A DNA stretch of 64,000 nucleotides from NCBI RefSeq assembly GCF_988242995.1, contig NZ_OZ547043.1. One strand, 5' to 3'. Under the pieces are notes generated by a model. That model made no database searches and was not told the origin of the DNA. It saw nothing but the letters and a program-made list of their open reading frames with translations. This document shows, piece by piece, positions 24,601 to 34,400 of the stretch. How positions within the stretch are numbered: the first letter of the stretch is position 1; every line of letters starts with the position of its first letter. The position numbers were made by a program, and so were the translations under genes.

Positions 24601-25016
24601 TGACCGATGGCGCTGAAGTGGCGCTGGATACGCTGTTTAAAGATAAAGATCGCCCCGGTAACCGGCCTTTCCATGACTGGATGAGCATAGCGGATTTTCA
24701 GGATTTCGCTGATCAGTGGTTTGCTGCTGCGCTGGGCAGGCCGATAGAACTGACGGTGTTCGATTCGCCGCGCGATATCCCTCACCATCGTAAACTGACG
24801 GTGACTTTTGAGGATGGTCAGGTATTGAAGATCCGCTTCGATCAGGGGATGGGCTACTGGCGCATCAACTTTGCATCGCAATGGCATTACTTTGATTTCC
24901 GCGATGACGTTTCTTTCCAGTTAGTCAAAATGGCTCAGGCCTGCAAGGAAGGGAATGTGGCCAACAGCGAAGAGAGCTGGGCAACGGATGTGCTGGTGGA
25001 GGTGATCGCCTCCTGA
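18672..25016 (+). CDS. yjiV: Giant SF2 (DEAH-type) helicase with Cys-ribbon modules (2114 aa); intact counterpart of the K-12 yjiV pseudogene; candidate DruE-like defence helicase
   Basis: AAGGAATAAGG Shine-Dalgarno before ATG 18672; Walker [10 protein letters not shown] (aa 124-132, nt 19041-19067); motif II VLDEAH (aa 262-267); motif [10 protein letters not shown] (aa 1145-1152); Cys clusters near nt 20046-20184 and CxxC...CxxC near nt 23292-23812. Confidence 0.85.
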   Translation: MTTRYFSSLIEQSLSRSTEATLSIMGVTNPQLREHLAQQMGADCGKPGSFLASPVFQQMFGWKESNHTMRSLTEGNALLSKAVVDSLDDQSNGRYRFGADWKPFTHQLASWKALLEKKHSVVVTSGTGSGKTECFMVPVLEDLYRELHENGNNPLVGVRALFLYPLNALINSQRERLDAWTRGFGTGIRYCLYNGNTEELHAKMKTVQDNRPNEVLSREKMRLEPAPILVTNGTMLEYMMVRQVDAPIIQQSKAQKSLRWIVLDEAHTYVGSQAAELALQLRRVMTAFGVTPDDVRFVATSATIACSDAEKQLKKFLSELSGIPQERIDVLDGSRVIPELEPSKNVSVPLDEIEQIPDLDLKDKNDNKIKGISPERFYALTHSPEARYIREMLVSQPNPMKLDEMTQRLNALTKQHYSQQEVLRWIDVCSGTQPNAKDPAFLKVRAHIFQRNTQGIWACVDKDCRLKHGTPLEKGWPFGYVYVNQRQNCDCGSPVYEVAFCNDCNEPHLLAQDKKGKLVQWENKGGDEFSLQDEVPVEHDTTEEKVEKENGFLPPLIIAAGETSETGYTLQRLDHQTRRIGVINNDSIPLIINDVEQVCSASGCGYRGMSGKQPFRRALLGGPFYVTNIVPTVLEYCQDFTSDEGKEGVGPDSLPGRGRRLITFTDSRQGTARMAVRMQQEAERSLLRGSVVEILSWHQRTQTSTAPNANADLEKLAARAKQAREQAEEYRSWGMPDQAKLSQAQAEQLEQAYQAATGGKAATTLVSRTWTEMVNELKDKADIRGPVLKYNHYLQPEVFNKNGGPLKLSEMLLFREFMRRPKRTNSLETQGLVQVGYQGLEKIHKSPLHWQEKGLTLDDWRDFLKVTLDLYVRESNFTQLDDELKNWIGSRFSSKFVRNPESKDPEDNQNRRWPQIRNGNVSHRLAKLLMLGAGFKTVNTATIDIINTWLKEAWAQLTGPLAVLKPDGNRFYLPKEHMTFSLITDAWICPVTNKILDTAFKGLTPYLPTHISFEHLTQAQYDTFVAQKVTMPEIWKLDRSQEDYAEGLAKARDWVNNDPLIAQLRSENVWTDINDRVVEGGFYYRTAEHSAQQSSERLQSYEKMFKNGQLNVLNCSTTMEMGVDIGGITAVVMNNVPPHPANYLQRAGRAGRSKESRAISYTLCKGNPHDQQVFANPLWPFETMIPAPMVAMNSARLVQRHVNALLLSDFLCNVIGETDKEKTSLDSLWFFGEDDGQSKCERFKVWLERPVLDIDMALERLVKGTALHGARAEHLRDKTINAITFLQQRWLSVYRDLVTQERESQPQTPYRKRIELEKKRHCGEYLLRDLAARTFLPGYGFPTDVVTFDNFTMEDYIREKSQKSRDKKDREDNVSRYKGLPSRNLGVAIREYAPGAEIILDGRVFRSAGVSLHWHNINADTNEAQRLDCAWRCHKCGTIGYEEGMSSSGMLFCSNSACGEKITMDNRRQVLQPAGFVTDAHAPVTNNIETMKFVPVVPAWVFVKAEPVPLPNPLMGYMASGADGHVFQQSLGEGGHGYALCLSCGRAESMLNENDAPKSMEAHYPPRPGKADRDSQNHRLICPGSTALMKNVTLGALARTDVFEMVLRKPQNGEYLPDNTEEGRIVAMTLAVALRQALAGVLGISAAELGYSVRPVRLEDGQSVLAVQLYDVISGGAGFASSAPVHIEAILQGMVKQLGCRHCDTACSECLLDSQTRHDHDLLDRKVALAWLGDDFTYYIGLPDEETFSLPDARYCPGAIGDTIRRAINEGAEKLTLWMTGAPNEWDLYGRQFRAAIQSYRLKDNVEVDLVIPAGVDDPDLLHELSQFTALGVRLCHVEQELQLPIVAQVTFADRVMTLASRSQQATIPGPEWHLNDELVVRSLGYQTVELNEFILPAKAANAVERVKDIQIHKQLNGPLSQFGQRFWDVLFNDHEEAQSLMKNTRITGVHYTDRYLQNPVALALLGSILKPLKTKLTDGAEVALDTLFKDKDRPGNRPFHDWMSIADFQDFADQWFAAALGRPIELTVFDSPRDIPHHRKLTVTFEDGQVLKIRFDQGMGYWRINFASQWHYFDFRDDVSFQLVKMAQACKEGNVANSEESWATDVLVEVIAS

Positions 25017-25023
25017 TGATGTG

Positions 25024-25050
25024 CCGCTCCCGACGTCGTGTCGGGAGCGG
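25024..25050. terminator. GC-rich stem-loop between convergent yjiV (druE-like) and mcrC; possible bidirectional terminator or RNA-stability element
   Basis: 11-bp perfect stem CCGCTCCCGAC / GTCGGGAGCGG with a 5-nt loop; no clear U-tract on either strand. Confidence 0.45.
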
Positions 25051-25072
25051 TATTGTCTATAAAACTTACCGC

Positions 25073-26119
25073 TTATTTGAGATATTCATCGAAAATGGCG
25101 AGTAATTCTTGATGTATACACGGCCATTCCTGACCTAAATTGACGGTACACAGGCCAATATCGAAGCCATTAATTTTATAACGATGTTTCACTGCGGTGT
25201 CTACGTGGGGGTATATTAATAAACCCCCTATGTTTTCGCCATTTTCAGGTTTTAACGACCATAAGTAATTCATCAGTTGATAAAGATTTTGAGAGTGAAA
25301 TTTTTCTGAGCCCATTCGTCGTGAAAAAATGCTCTTATAGTATTTGGCGTCAACGATAAGTATTTTTTCTGATGAGCGAATGGTGATGTCAGTTTCCATT
25401 CGAGGTAACAAATTAAGTGACTGATCCGATATGCTCGATGCATCCCATTTTAAATAAGAGCGGGTTGTATTTGCAGACGTTAATTCACGGCGGCAAAATT
25501 CAAAAAGAAACTTTTGATAAAGTAATGACATCTCTTTTTCGTTTCTTTCAAAATCATAGAAACGGTAGTGTCCTTTGTTTTGACCTGGGATAGAATTATT
25601 GACGATGAACTTACAGACGCTGATAACAAATTTATAATAACGCGTGTTCTTTCCGCCATTCAGATAGCTGAAATGCTGCGGAGTTAAATGAAGAGTGCTA
25701 ATGCCCGGTAATTTTCTATAAAGTGAACGAGCTTCATCTCTGATGGTTGAGTTTAACTTTTCATGCTTAATTAACATGGCTAATGTGCTTTTTATAATTC
25801 GGTTAGCCAGCGTATCTTCATTAAGCAGATCAAAAGTACTGACGGTTTTCCCATGATTAAGATGGAAGCCGCGTATTGTTTTAGCAAACTCTATTCGCCC
25901 TTTGATGCCAGGAATGATCTCGGTATTAGGATTGTAATCAAGCTCAAGCCCTCGGCGTGAAAGCTGTAAAACCCCTTTATTTAATACATACCCCAGGATA
26001 TCAAGAAGATTGTTACCGGGAATGGCTTCAAGGTCGGCCTGCTTAATTTCCTGTAAATAACCCCATGCATAGGTAAGCATGTAATAGATATTACGGACAG
26101 GTATCACGGGCTGTTCCAC
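25073..26119 (-). CDS. mcrC: McrC, nuclease subunit of the McrBC modified-cytosine restriction system
   Basis: 348-aa ORF; its start overlaps the mcrB stop; AT-rich codon usage typical of mcrBC; matches McrC length. Confidence 0.9.
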   Translation of the reverse strand: MEQPVIPVRNIYYMLTYAWGYLQEIKQADLEAIPGNNLLDILGYVLNKGVLQLSRRGLELDYNPNTEIIPGIKGRIEFAKTIRGFHLNHGKTVSTFDLLNEDTLANRIIKSTLAMLIKHEKLNSTIRDEARSLYRKLPGISTLHLTPQHFSYLNGGKNTRYYKFVISVCKFIVNNSIPGQNKGHYRFYDFERNEKEMSLLYQKFLFEFCRRELTSANTTRSYLKWDASSISDQSLNLLPRMETDITIRSSEKILIVDAKYYKSIFSRRMGSEKFHSQNLYQLMNYLWSLKPENGENIGGLLIYPHVDTAVKHRYKINGFDIGLCTVNLGQEWPCIHQELLAIFDEYLK

Positions 26120-27498
26120 TATGAGTCACCTAATAATTTGTCGGCCCATATCTGTTGTTTATAGGGGTCATCAAAGAAATATTCTTCGAGTAAAGGGGCG
26201 ATATCCGTCATCACAATTTCCTTAAGCCATTGCGTATCAGGAGAGGTGCCATCTTCCAACCCGGAGCAGAAGTAACTATGCCCAATGCGGAATCCTTTCC
26301 CAAGGATAGTGGCCTCTTTGCTGATTTCCTGGTTTAACTCATTCATTTTTTGGCATAAAGACTCAACAAATGAAGGTTCTGCTTTTTTATTCAGTAAAAA
26401 ATTACGGAACTGTGGTGTATCAAAACCAGGCTCAATATCTATGAAAGAAAATCGTCTGCGCAGGGCATAATCAACAACGGCCAGAGAGCGATCGGCAGTA
26501 TTCATTAAACCGATAATATAAACATTCTCCGGGACATAGAATCGTTCTTCATCGTTTTCGGAATAGGTTAAGGGAACAGACCAGTTTTCACCTCGTTTAT
26601 CATGTTCCATTAACATCATCACTTCGCCAAATACTTTACTGAGATTGGCACGATTGATTTCATCTATAATAAAAACATACTTTTTCTCTGGCTGCTCTTT
26701 AGCTTGCTGACAAAAATTGTAAAATATGCCGTCTTTACGTCGGAAGCCGACGCCATTCGGACGATAGCCCTGTATAAAATCCTCATAGCTATAAGATTGA
26801 TGGAACTGAACCATATTGACGCGTTGCGGAGCCTTTTCTCCTGTCAGCAGGTAAGCCAGACGGCGTGCAACAAAGGTTTTTCCAACGCCGGGCGGCCCCT
26901 GGAGGATAATATTTTTTTTGATGGTTAATCGTTTGAGTATCGTCTCTATCGTGGTTTCAGGGATAAACAAATCATTTAACGCATCTTCCAGACAGTATGA
27001 TTCAGTTTTTGACATAGGTGGAATAACACTCTTGCCAGAATTAAATATTAATTTATAGTCGTTGATTATGTTGTCCAGCATGGAGGCAAACCGGGTATAA
27101 TCAAGACCCTGTGAGACTTTTTGGGAACAGGCGTAATAGGACTGTCCGTATTTTTTAGGATAAACACCTGAAGTTGTCTGGAAATACTCTGCGATTGTTT
27201 TAGGTATGTCTGAAGAGAACTGCCATTGGGCATGTGGTTTATTCGTGTCGCTTATACCATAAGCCAAAACCAACTCATCAAAATCTTTATAATAGAGAAT
27301 AACGGGATATATACCGTTAGAAACTTCCTGACCTTCTCCCAGAAATGCAAACCAGGGAATAGATGTAAAATTGCCATAACCGAAACTCACTTTTACTCGC
27401 AGGTTACGGTAAGACGTTGGATAATCTTTGGTGGATTGTGAACTTTTTTGCTGTGCTTGCTCAATAAATTTTTCAATCCAGGCTTGAATTGATTCCAT
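26119..27498 (-). CDS. mcrB: McrB, GTP-binding AAA+ DNA-binding subunit of McrBC
   Basis: Start at ATG 27498 (MESIQAWIEKF..., AGGAAGG Shine-Dalgarno) gives 459 aa; the ORF-track Met six codons upstream is the alternative; Walker A GPPGVGKT; in-frame internal Met162 (codon 27013-27015) matches the known McrB-s short form. Confidence 0.9.
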   Translation of the reverse strand: MESIQAWIEKFIEQAQQKSSQSTKDYPTSYRNLRVKVSFGYGNFTSIPWFAFLGEGQEVSNGIYPVILYYKDFDELVLAYGISDTNKPHAQWQFSSDIPKTIAEYFQTTSGVYPKKYGQSYYACSQKVSQGLDYTRFASMLDNIINDYKLIFNSGKSVIPPMSKTESYCLEDALNDLFIPETTIETILKRLTIKKNIILQGPPGVGKTFVARRLAYLLTGEKAPQRVNMVQFHQSYSYEDFIQGYRPNGVGFRRKDGIFYNFCQQAKEQPEKKYVFIIDEINRANLSKVFGEVMMLMEHDKRGENWSVPLTYSENDEERFYVPENVYIIGLMNTADRSLAVVDYALRRRFSFIDIEPGFDTPQFRNFLLNKKAEPSFVESLCQKMNELNQEISKEATILGKGFRIGHSYFCSGLEDGTSPDTQWLKEIVMTDIAPLLEEYFFDDPYKQQIWADKLLGDS

Positions 27499-27659
27499 AA
27501 GATGTGCCTTCCTCATTGCTAAGCCTCTATTATCGCTTTCGCAACGTACTGAAACAATAGATTTTTACTGCAAAAGGTGGTGGGTAAATATTTACTGAGG
27601 GGGAAAGTTTCTATTGAGTCAGTGGAAGGCTCCCGGTGGTTAACCGGGAGTAAACGCTG

Positions 27660-28001
27660 TTACGCGACTTTCTGTTTACCGGCAATCACTCCAATAAACG
27701 CCTGCACCTGCTTTTGTTTACGTGCCGACAGCTTGCACACCTGGCGCAGCGACTGCATCAGTTCGCTCTCTTCGACGGCGAGTGGTTGGGCGGTGAGGAC
27801 AATACAGCCTTCCATCACTTTGACATCTACCGCCGTGCCGGTGGTAAAACCGGCGGCTTCCAGCCACTGACCTTTCAGGGTGATGGCGGGAATACGGCTG
27901 TAATCCGGGTAGCGACTCGCATAACTCACGGTTAATTGACGGTTATTTGCCGGGGAGACTTCTGCTTCGAACGGTTGTGCAATAGAATGCATGTCAGTCA
28001 T
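27660..28001 (-). CDS. symE: SymE, SOS-induced toxin-like protein (AbrB-fold; YjiW)
   Basis: 113-aa ORF ([52 protein letters not shown]...); LexA-box-like site about 78 nt upstream. Confidence 0.85.
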   Translation of the reverse strand: MTDMHSIAQPFEAEVSPANNRQLTVSYASRYPDYSRIPAITLKGQWLEAAGFTTGTAVDVKVMEGCIVLTAQPLAVEESELMQSLRQVCKLSARKQKQVQAFIGVIAGKQKVA

Positions 28002-28071
28002 GATTACTATTCCTTAGAAATAGGGATTGTGATTAGCGGTGCGGGTGTGTTGGCGCACATCCGCACCGCGC
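27995..28071 (+). ncRNA. symR: SymR (RyjC) cis-antisense sRNA opposite the symE 5' end; coordinates approximate
   Basis: Candidate -10 TAGAAT at 27983-27988 on the + strand inside the symE 5' coding region; transcript would cover the symE start codon and Shine-Dalgarno and end at a GC-rich hairpin (about 28035-28071); ends not verifiable here. Confidence 0.4.
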
Positions 28072-28078
28072 TAAATAC

Positions 28079-28094
28079 CTGGATATATCATCAG
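28079..28094 (-). promoter_or_regulatory. LexA (SOS) box-like operator upstream of symE
   Basis: CTG-N10-CAG palindromic 16-mer (bottom strand CTGATGATATATCCAG) about 78 nt upstream of the symE start; consistent with the known SOS control of symE. Confidence 0.6.
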
Positions 28095-28185
28095 TAAATA
28101 CCGGGAAAGTCCAGCTAAAAATAGAATAAAATGGGCAATTTCCGGAATGATTTAAATATATTTATGTGAGTTATGATTGGCGAGA

Positions 28186-28215
28186 AATAATAAAAAGCGC
28201 ACCGGAAAGGTGCGC
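28186..28215 (-). terminator. Rho-independent terminator downstream of hsdS
   Basis: Stem GCGCACC / GGTGCGC with GGAAA loop at 28197-28215, followed on the minus strand by a T-rich tract (complement of 28186-28196), 14 nt after the hsdS stop. Confidence 0.7.
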
Positions 28216-28228
28216 CAGAAAATAATGA

Positions 28229-29653
28229 TCAGAACTTTTTACGCGAGGCTTTTTTACCCCCGCTGGCTGCGCGCTCAGCTTTGATTTTCTCCAGCAACGC
28301 AGCGGCGCTGTTTTCTCCGCTGATTAAATCCGGGTTTTCGGCCCGCCACTGGGCGGTGAGTTCACCACGGAACGCTTTTGCCAGGATGGATTGCGTCAGG
28401 TTGTTGACGCGGGCTAAGGCGTTGTTGACCTGTTTTTCTATGGAGTCGGCGTAGGCGAAGAGTTGCTCGACGCGGCGAACGATTTCGTGTTGTTCTTCTA
28501 TAGACGGTAAAGGGACAAATGCATTTTTAAGATCTTTTAAATTTAATGTCTTTCTGGCGACCTCCTTAGATGACTGAACTAGCCATGTTTGCATAACTGG
28601 TGAACTTAACCATATATGGAGAAACATAGGAACAATAATCTTATATTCAGGAGATATTCTGGCAACGGCACGAGCGATATTAACATTTATATCTTCTCTA
28701 ACAATACCTATTCTACCTATAGCCCCAACAATTGTTACAAGAATGTCATTCTTTCGTACTTTGGAACGCTTATATTGTAAATCTATTTCCTTTGAAATTT
28801 TACGAAGATGATTTAAATCTACTTCACCATCGTTAATATCACAAACACGAATTAATTCTATACCGTCTTTTATATCATCTCCAGGTTGCACCACACCATA
28901 ACATAATGGTCTTTGTGTATTGATAATGTTATTCAAAATTGTTTCACTCCAGTCTTCTGGAATAAGGATTTTGTAGTTATCTAATTCAACTTTTTTTGTT
29001 ATAAAATCTTTATCTTCTTTGGTCAACCTACCAGTTACTGCCGCAGCCAACACCGCCTGACGAAAACGTTTCAGGATTTGTGGGATTTGCTCAAGGCGTG
29101 CTTTGGTGCTGTCTACCTGCGCCAGCAGCGTATCGAGTTTTTCAGCGATGATTTTTTGCTCGGCAAGTGGTGGCAACGGAAGTAGGGTATCTTGAAGTGT
29201 CCTGGAAGAAAGATGCTTTACAGTAACCGAGGACGTATTTGCATTGATTGCGGATAAATATCCTGGTAAGGCGTGATAGAAAAACCTTTTATTGTATTTG
29301 TCTTCCTGAACTTCAATTTTACATACTCGTTGATTTAACAGAGCTGGTTCTGAGCACCATATAGTTGCATTAAAATCACCATCCATTCCCACGATTAAGT
29401 CTTCGGGATATACCCAATATCCCTCAGGAATTTGACCCGAGTAATAAGTCGATGTATTACCTTTTAGAACATCACGAATTCTAATTAATGGTACACCATC
29501 TTTACGATTATTAAATTCTGACGACTTAAAAGCAAAACCGTTTGTGATGTTTGCTACGGAATCCATTGAAATACGTAACCAGCTATCATGGATTGAAAGT
29601 AACCCATTGATATTTTGCTCAATTAATTCTTTTGATGTTGAGTTGAAACTCAT
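28229..29653 (-). CDS. hsdS: Type I restriction-modification specificity subunit HsdS (474-aa allele)
   Basis: 474-aa ORF; GC-richer conserved N-terminal, central and C-terminal segments separated by two very AT-rich blocks (target-recognition domains); 4-nt overlap with hsdM. Confidence 0.9.
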   Translation of the reverse strand: MSFNSTSKELIEQNINGLLSIHDSWLRISMDSVANITNGFAFKSSEFNNRKDGVPLIRIRDVLKGNTSTYYSGQIPEGYWVYPEDLIVGMDGDFNATIWCSEPALLNQRVCKIEVQEDKYNKRFFYHALPGYLSAINANTSSVTVKHLSSRTLQDTLLPLPPLAEQKIIAEKLDTLLAQVDSTKARLEQIPQILKRFRQAVLAAAVTGRLTKEDKDFITKKVELDNYKILIPEDWSETILNNIINTQRPLCYGVVQPGDDIKDGIELIRVCDINDGEVDLNHLRKISKEIDLQYKRSKVRKNDILVTIVGAIGRIGIVREDINVNIARAVARISPEYKIIVPMFLHIWLSSPVMQTWLVQSSKEVARKTLNLKDLKNAFVPLPSIEEQHEIVRRVEQLFAYADSIEKQVNNALARVNNLTQSILAKAFRGELTAQWRAENPDLISGENSAAALLEKIKAERAASGGKKASRKKF

Positions 29654-31239
29654 TCCTTCACCCCACCAAACGCTTCTTCCAGCAACTGACGCTGTGCATC
29701 CGCCTCATCGCTCGCTCCCAGTTCACGTATCAGCGCATCCAGTTCGCCCAGCGCCTGTACCAGCTCGCCCATCGCTTCTGCCGCTAATACATCCGGCTCC
29801 GGCAGGTTGTCGGCATCAATGCTATCTTTATCTTTCAGCCAGGAGATATCCAGCGAATCGGATTTCGTGGTGCGGATCCACTCGCGGGTGAACTTACGCC
29901 AGCGGCTGGTAGCCAGGTGCTGGTCGGTGTTTTTGTTCTCTTCGCTGTCGGCAACTTCCGTCTCTTCGGCGTTAAAACTCCATTCCCCTTCGCTACGCGG
30001 GCTTAAACCGTGCGGATCTTCGCCATACACGCGCTCAAACGGCTGCAGATGCTCGTCGGTAAACGGCGTGCGTTTGCCGAAGCTCGGCATATTGGTACGC
30101 AGGTCGTACACCCACACATCATCGGTACAGTTCTTATCCTGATGCGGGTTCGCCACCGTCCCTTTGGTAAAGAACAGCACGTTCGCCTTCACGCCCTGCG
30201 CGTAAAAAATACCGGTCGGCAGACGCAGAATAGTGTGCAGATGACACTTATCCATCAGGTCACGACGGATGTCCGTGCCTTTGCCGCCTTCAAACAGCAC
30301 GTTATCCGGCACCACCACCGCCGCACGACCGCCGGGGTGCAGTGTTTCGATAATATGCTGCATAAAGCACAATTGTTTGTTGCTGGTCGGGTGAACAAAG
30401 GTACGGGTAATGTTGGTGCCTGCGGCGCTACCAAACGGCGGGTTAGTGGCGACAATATGCGCCTTCGGCAGGTTTTCACCGTCGCTACCCAGGGTGTTGC
30501 CCAGACGGATTGCGCCACCGTGGTCGAGGTTGCCTTCGATATCGTGCAGCAGGCAGTTCATTAGCGCCAGACGACGGGTGCCGGGTACCAGTTCGAGGCC
30601 GATAAACGCGCGGTGGATCTGGAAATCCTGCGTGTCGCCATCAAGGTCGTCCAGATCGTTAGTCTGCGACTTAACGTAGCGGTCAGCTTCAATCAAAAAG
30701 CCCGCTGTACCTGCTGCCGGGTCCTGCACCACTTCACGCGGCTGCGGTTTCAGCAGATGAATAATGGTTTTAATCAGCGGACGTGGGGTGAAGTACTGGC
30801 CCGCGCCAGACTTGGTTTCGTTGGCGTTTTTCTGCAACAGCCCTTCGTACATATCGCCGAAGTCATCGCGTGACTTACCGTGCGCGCCGTTGTACCAGTC
30901 CAGTGAATCCATATTGCTGACCAGTTCGGTCAACTGTTTCGGCTGGGTAATGGTGGTGTTGACGTTCTGGAACACCGCCTGCACCAGCTTTTGATTGTCG
31001 GCGCCCAGATGCACCAGCAGGTTACGGTAGAACTGCAACTGCTCCTGGCCGATGCGGGATTTCAGGTCATCCCAGCGGTAGCCTTCCGGCAGGTATTCCG
31101 CTTCCTGTCCGGTTTCTTTACACATTTTCAAAAACAGCAGCGAGGCGAGTTCATTGACGTAGTTTTGATAGGAAACGCCGCCATCGCGCAGGTTGTCGCA
31201 CAGTTTCCACAGCTTCGCGACCAGATCGTTATTGTTCAT
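29650..31239 (-). CDS. hsdM: Type I R-M N6-adenine DNA methyltransferase HsdM
   Basis: 529-aa ORF; catalytic NPPF motif (VATNPPFGSAAG); AdoMet-binding region. Confidence 0.95.
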   Translation of the reverse strand: MNNNDLVAKLWKLCDNLRDGGVSYQNYVNELASLLFLKMCKETGQEAEYLPEGYRWDDLKSRIGQEQLQFYRNLLVHLGADNQKLVQAVFQNVNTTITQPKQLTELVSNMDSLDWYNGAHGKSRDDFGDMYEGLLQKNANETKSGAGQYFTPRPLIKTIIHLLKPQPREVVQDPAAGTAGFLIEADRYVKSQTNDLDDLDGDTQDFQIHRAFIGLELVPGTRRLALMNCLLHDIEGNLDHGGAIRLGNTLGSDGENLPKAHIVATNPPFGSAAGTNITRTFVHPTSNKQLCFMQHIIETLHPGGRAAVVVPDNVLFEGGKGTDIRRDLMDKCHLHTILRLPTGIFYAQGVKANVLFFTKGTVANPHQDKNCTDDVWVYDLRTNMPSFGKRTPFTDEHLQPFERVYGEDPHGLSPRSEGEWSFNAEETEVADSEENKNTDQHLATSRWRKFTREWIRTTKSDSLDISWLKDKDSIDADNLPEPDVLAAEAMGELVQALGELDALIRELGASDEADAQRQLLEEAFGGVKE

Positions 31240-31439
31240 TGTAAGTTCCGTAAATTAAGCAGCGGCCCGCATGTTCGGGGCCGCAGAAGAAGAAATTGCC
31301 GAGGGTAATATACACAAAATCATTCAGATTGCATCAAGGCGGCAAGTGAGCGAATCCCCGGGAGCGTACAGAAGTACTTGACCGGGGTAAACGAGCGCAG
31401 CCAACGCAGAGGCAGCCTGAAGGATGAAGTGTATACGTG

Positions 31440-34400
31440 TCAGGCCAGCTCGTCCCAAATGTAATCGCTGAATTTATCGAGCAGGTTGTCGAGATTATCG
31501 TCAAAGGTTCTTTGCAGCATCGCCTTCCCGCCGCGACGGTGGAAGTTGCCGGTTTTGAAGACATCGTCGTCGAGCACCACTTTCTCTTTCAGCGCCTGCG
31601 CTAAACGATCGAGCCAGCTTAATTGCTCGCTGCTCCAGTCATTTTCGCCCTTAATGCGCGTCAGCGCGTGATCGACACGTTCCTCAAACGGTTTCAGCGC
31701 ATCGCCCACCGCAGCGCGGCGAATATGTCCAATCAGCCGGGCGGCGATATCTTCATTGCGCGTCTCTTGCCATGCTTTGCGCAGGGAAGATTCCTCAAAG
31801 TGCTGGCGGTCAAACCACTCCTGTAGCTCGACCAGCCCTTTACGGGTGAGATCGCGCGGGCGATTAATCACCGCCTGCAATGCCGGCTGTGCATTCGGGG
31901 AACGTTGCACCAGCGAGTCAAAGGCTTCGAGGAAATCCTGCGGCGTGTCGTAATCACCGTACAGCGATTTTACGCTCACCACTTCATCGTCGATATCGAG
32001 GAAGATCGGCGCATCATTCAGGTTGTTGATGTCGGTTTTCAGCTTTTCCAGACGGGCGATAAAGCCAGGTAGTTTGTTAAAGACTTCGGCGCTCCAGTGC
32101 GGCCCTTTTTCCCGCAGGCGCGAGGCGAAGCCGTTAAAGTTAACCCCCGCCGCGTCCTGGCATAGCTCATCCAGACGACGCACCTGTTTGTCTATCGTTT
32201 CGCTGCGGTCACGGTTAAACGTGGCCAGGCCGATGATGCGCTGGAGCTTCGCCACCAGTTGTTCATGGCTGTGCTCGGCAAAACTGCGGCCATCCGCTTC
32301 GGTGATTTTATAGGTTTCTGAATCGGTAATTTCGTTGACCAGCGTTTGCAGTTCCACCTTCGGACGCACCACCACCGGACGCATGGTGTCGACGCTCTCC
32401 AGCGTGCTGTAGATATCGACACAGTCGAAAATCTTAAAGCTGGTTTTATTCACCTCCGGGCATAAGCGCGTGGCGCGCCCTTTCATCTGCTCGTACAGAA
32501 TACGGCTGCGTACCTTGCGCAGGAACACGATATTACAGATCGACGGAATATCGACGCCGGTCGTCAGCAGGTCGACGGTGACCACGATATTGGGCAGCCG
32601 CTCTTTATTGAAGCGGGTGATCATGGTCTGCACTTTTCGCGCGTCTTTATCGGCATCACCGGTGATCTTGATGATCGCGTCGTGCTCCAGTTGTGGATAC
32701 TTTTTCTTGAACGCGGTACGCAGCTCTTCCACCACCATATCGGCATGGGCATTGGTGACGCAGAAGACCAGCGTTTTTTGTGACCCGGTCGGGTCAAGGT
32801 AGTTGGTGAGTTCGTTACAGACGGCGCGGTTAAACGCCGGGATCACCAGGCCACGGTTAAAGTCGGCGACCTCAAAATCCTGATCGTCTTCCAGGGTGTC
32901 GTTGATCACTTCCCCCTGCGGGCTGATGCGCTCAACCTGCTCGCCTTTGGAGAGATAAACCCCTTCCTGGGCGTTGCGGGTGGTGATCTGAATCGGCGGA
33001 TCCTGGTCGATCAGAAAACCGTCGATAACCGCGGTACGGTAGGTGTAACGGTAAACCGGCTCGCCGAAAATCTGCACCGTATGCAGAGCCGGGGTGGCGG
33101 TGAGAGCGATTTTTACCGCATCGAAGTGATCGAGAATACGACGGTAGGCAGAGACGTAATCCAGCTGACTGCGGAACTGTAGTTCGCCTTCGGTCTGCTC
33201 TTTATCGAGAATGTAGCCGCGATGCGCTTCATCGACGACGATACAGTCGTAACGGGCTACCGGCATCGGTTCATCCGATTGCAGGGTGCGTTTCACCAGC
33301 GACTGTACGGTGGCAACGTGAATTTTGGTGCTGTCTTCAGGGAATTTATCCGTCAGCCCTTTAATGTCGAAAATGCTGTTAAAGGTGTCGCCGTTAATAC
33401 GCGTATCTTCAAACGCGCCCAGCGCCTGTTCGCCAAGAGAACGGCGGTCGACAAGGAAGAGAATGCGTTTAAAACGCTGGGACTGGATCAGGCGGAACAT
33501 CATGGCAATTGCCGTACGGGTTTTACCGGTACCGGTTGCCATCGCCAGCAGGATCTCTTGTTGCCCCTTGACGATTGCCTTTTCAACCGCGCGGACGGCA
33601 TCTTCCTGATAATAACGCAGGCCCAGCTCACTCATGCCAGGGTTATCGGCAAACCACTGATTCTGTTTTTGCGGTTCGCTGCCGAGCATTTCCAGCAGCT
33701 CTTCCGGGCGGTGCCACTCGGGTAAGGCTTTCGACATATTGCGGGTATCACGCACGTCGCGATACCAGATGCCGCTTTTAATCTTCATCGCTGCGCGGTA
33801 TTCGCGCCCGTTGGTTGAGTAGCAGAAGGGGATTTTAAACCGTTGTTGGCCGCTGGTGTCCTGCCAGCTGGTTTCATACTCTGGCACCGCTTCATGCACT
33901 TCATCTGGTGAATAGTGCTCAAGCAAGGTTTCCCGCAGGAAGCCATTATCGAAACATTTACTGTAGCGATACGACTCATTGAGCTTGCCGGGAACGTCGA
34001 TATTTTTACGTTTCGCTTCTACCACCGCGATGGGTTTGAGACCGACAAACAGCACATAATCCGCAAAGCCCTGATTACCCGTTTCATCTTTCCCGGTCGG
34101 CCATTCGGCAATGGCTTTATTGACGCCGGGTTCCGGGCGCGCGCCTTTGGAGAAGCGCAGGGTTTTGCTATCGGCCTGCCAGCCTGCTTTACGCAGTTGC
34201 GCGTCAATCAGGAAGCGGCTCTCTTCTTCGCTAAGATTGAGTGTACGCTTGATGGCCTGATCGGTAATTTCTTTGTGGTAAGCCTTACGTTCCTGTTCGG
34301 TCTGCTTGGCCAGTTCCGCGTTCTTCTCGGCGAGCTGTGCTTCCAGTGCAGCAAGGCGAGCCTGGGTTTGCGCTTCGGTTTCCTGCTGCTTGCCTTCCAG

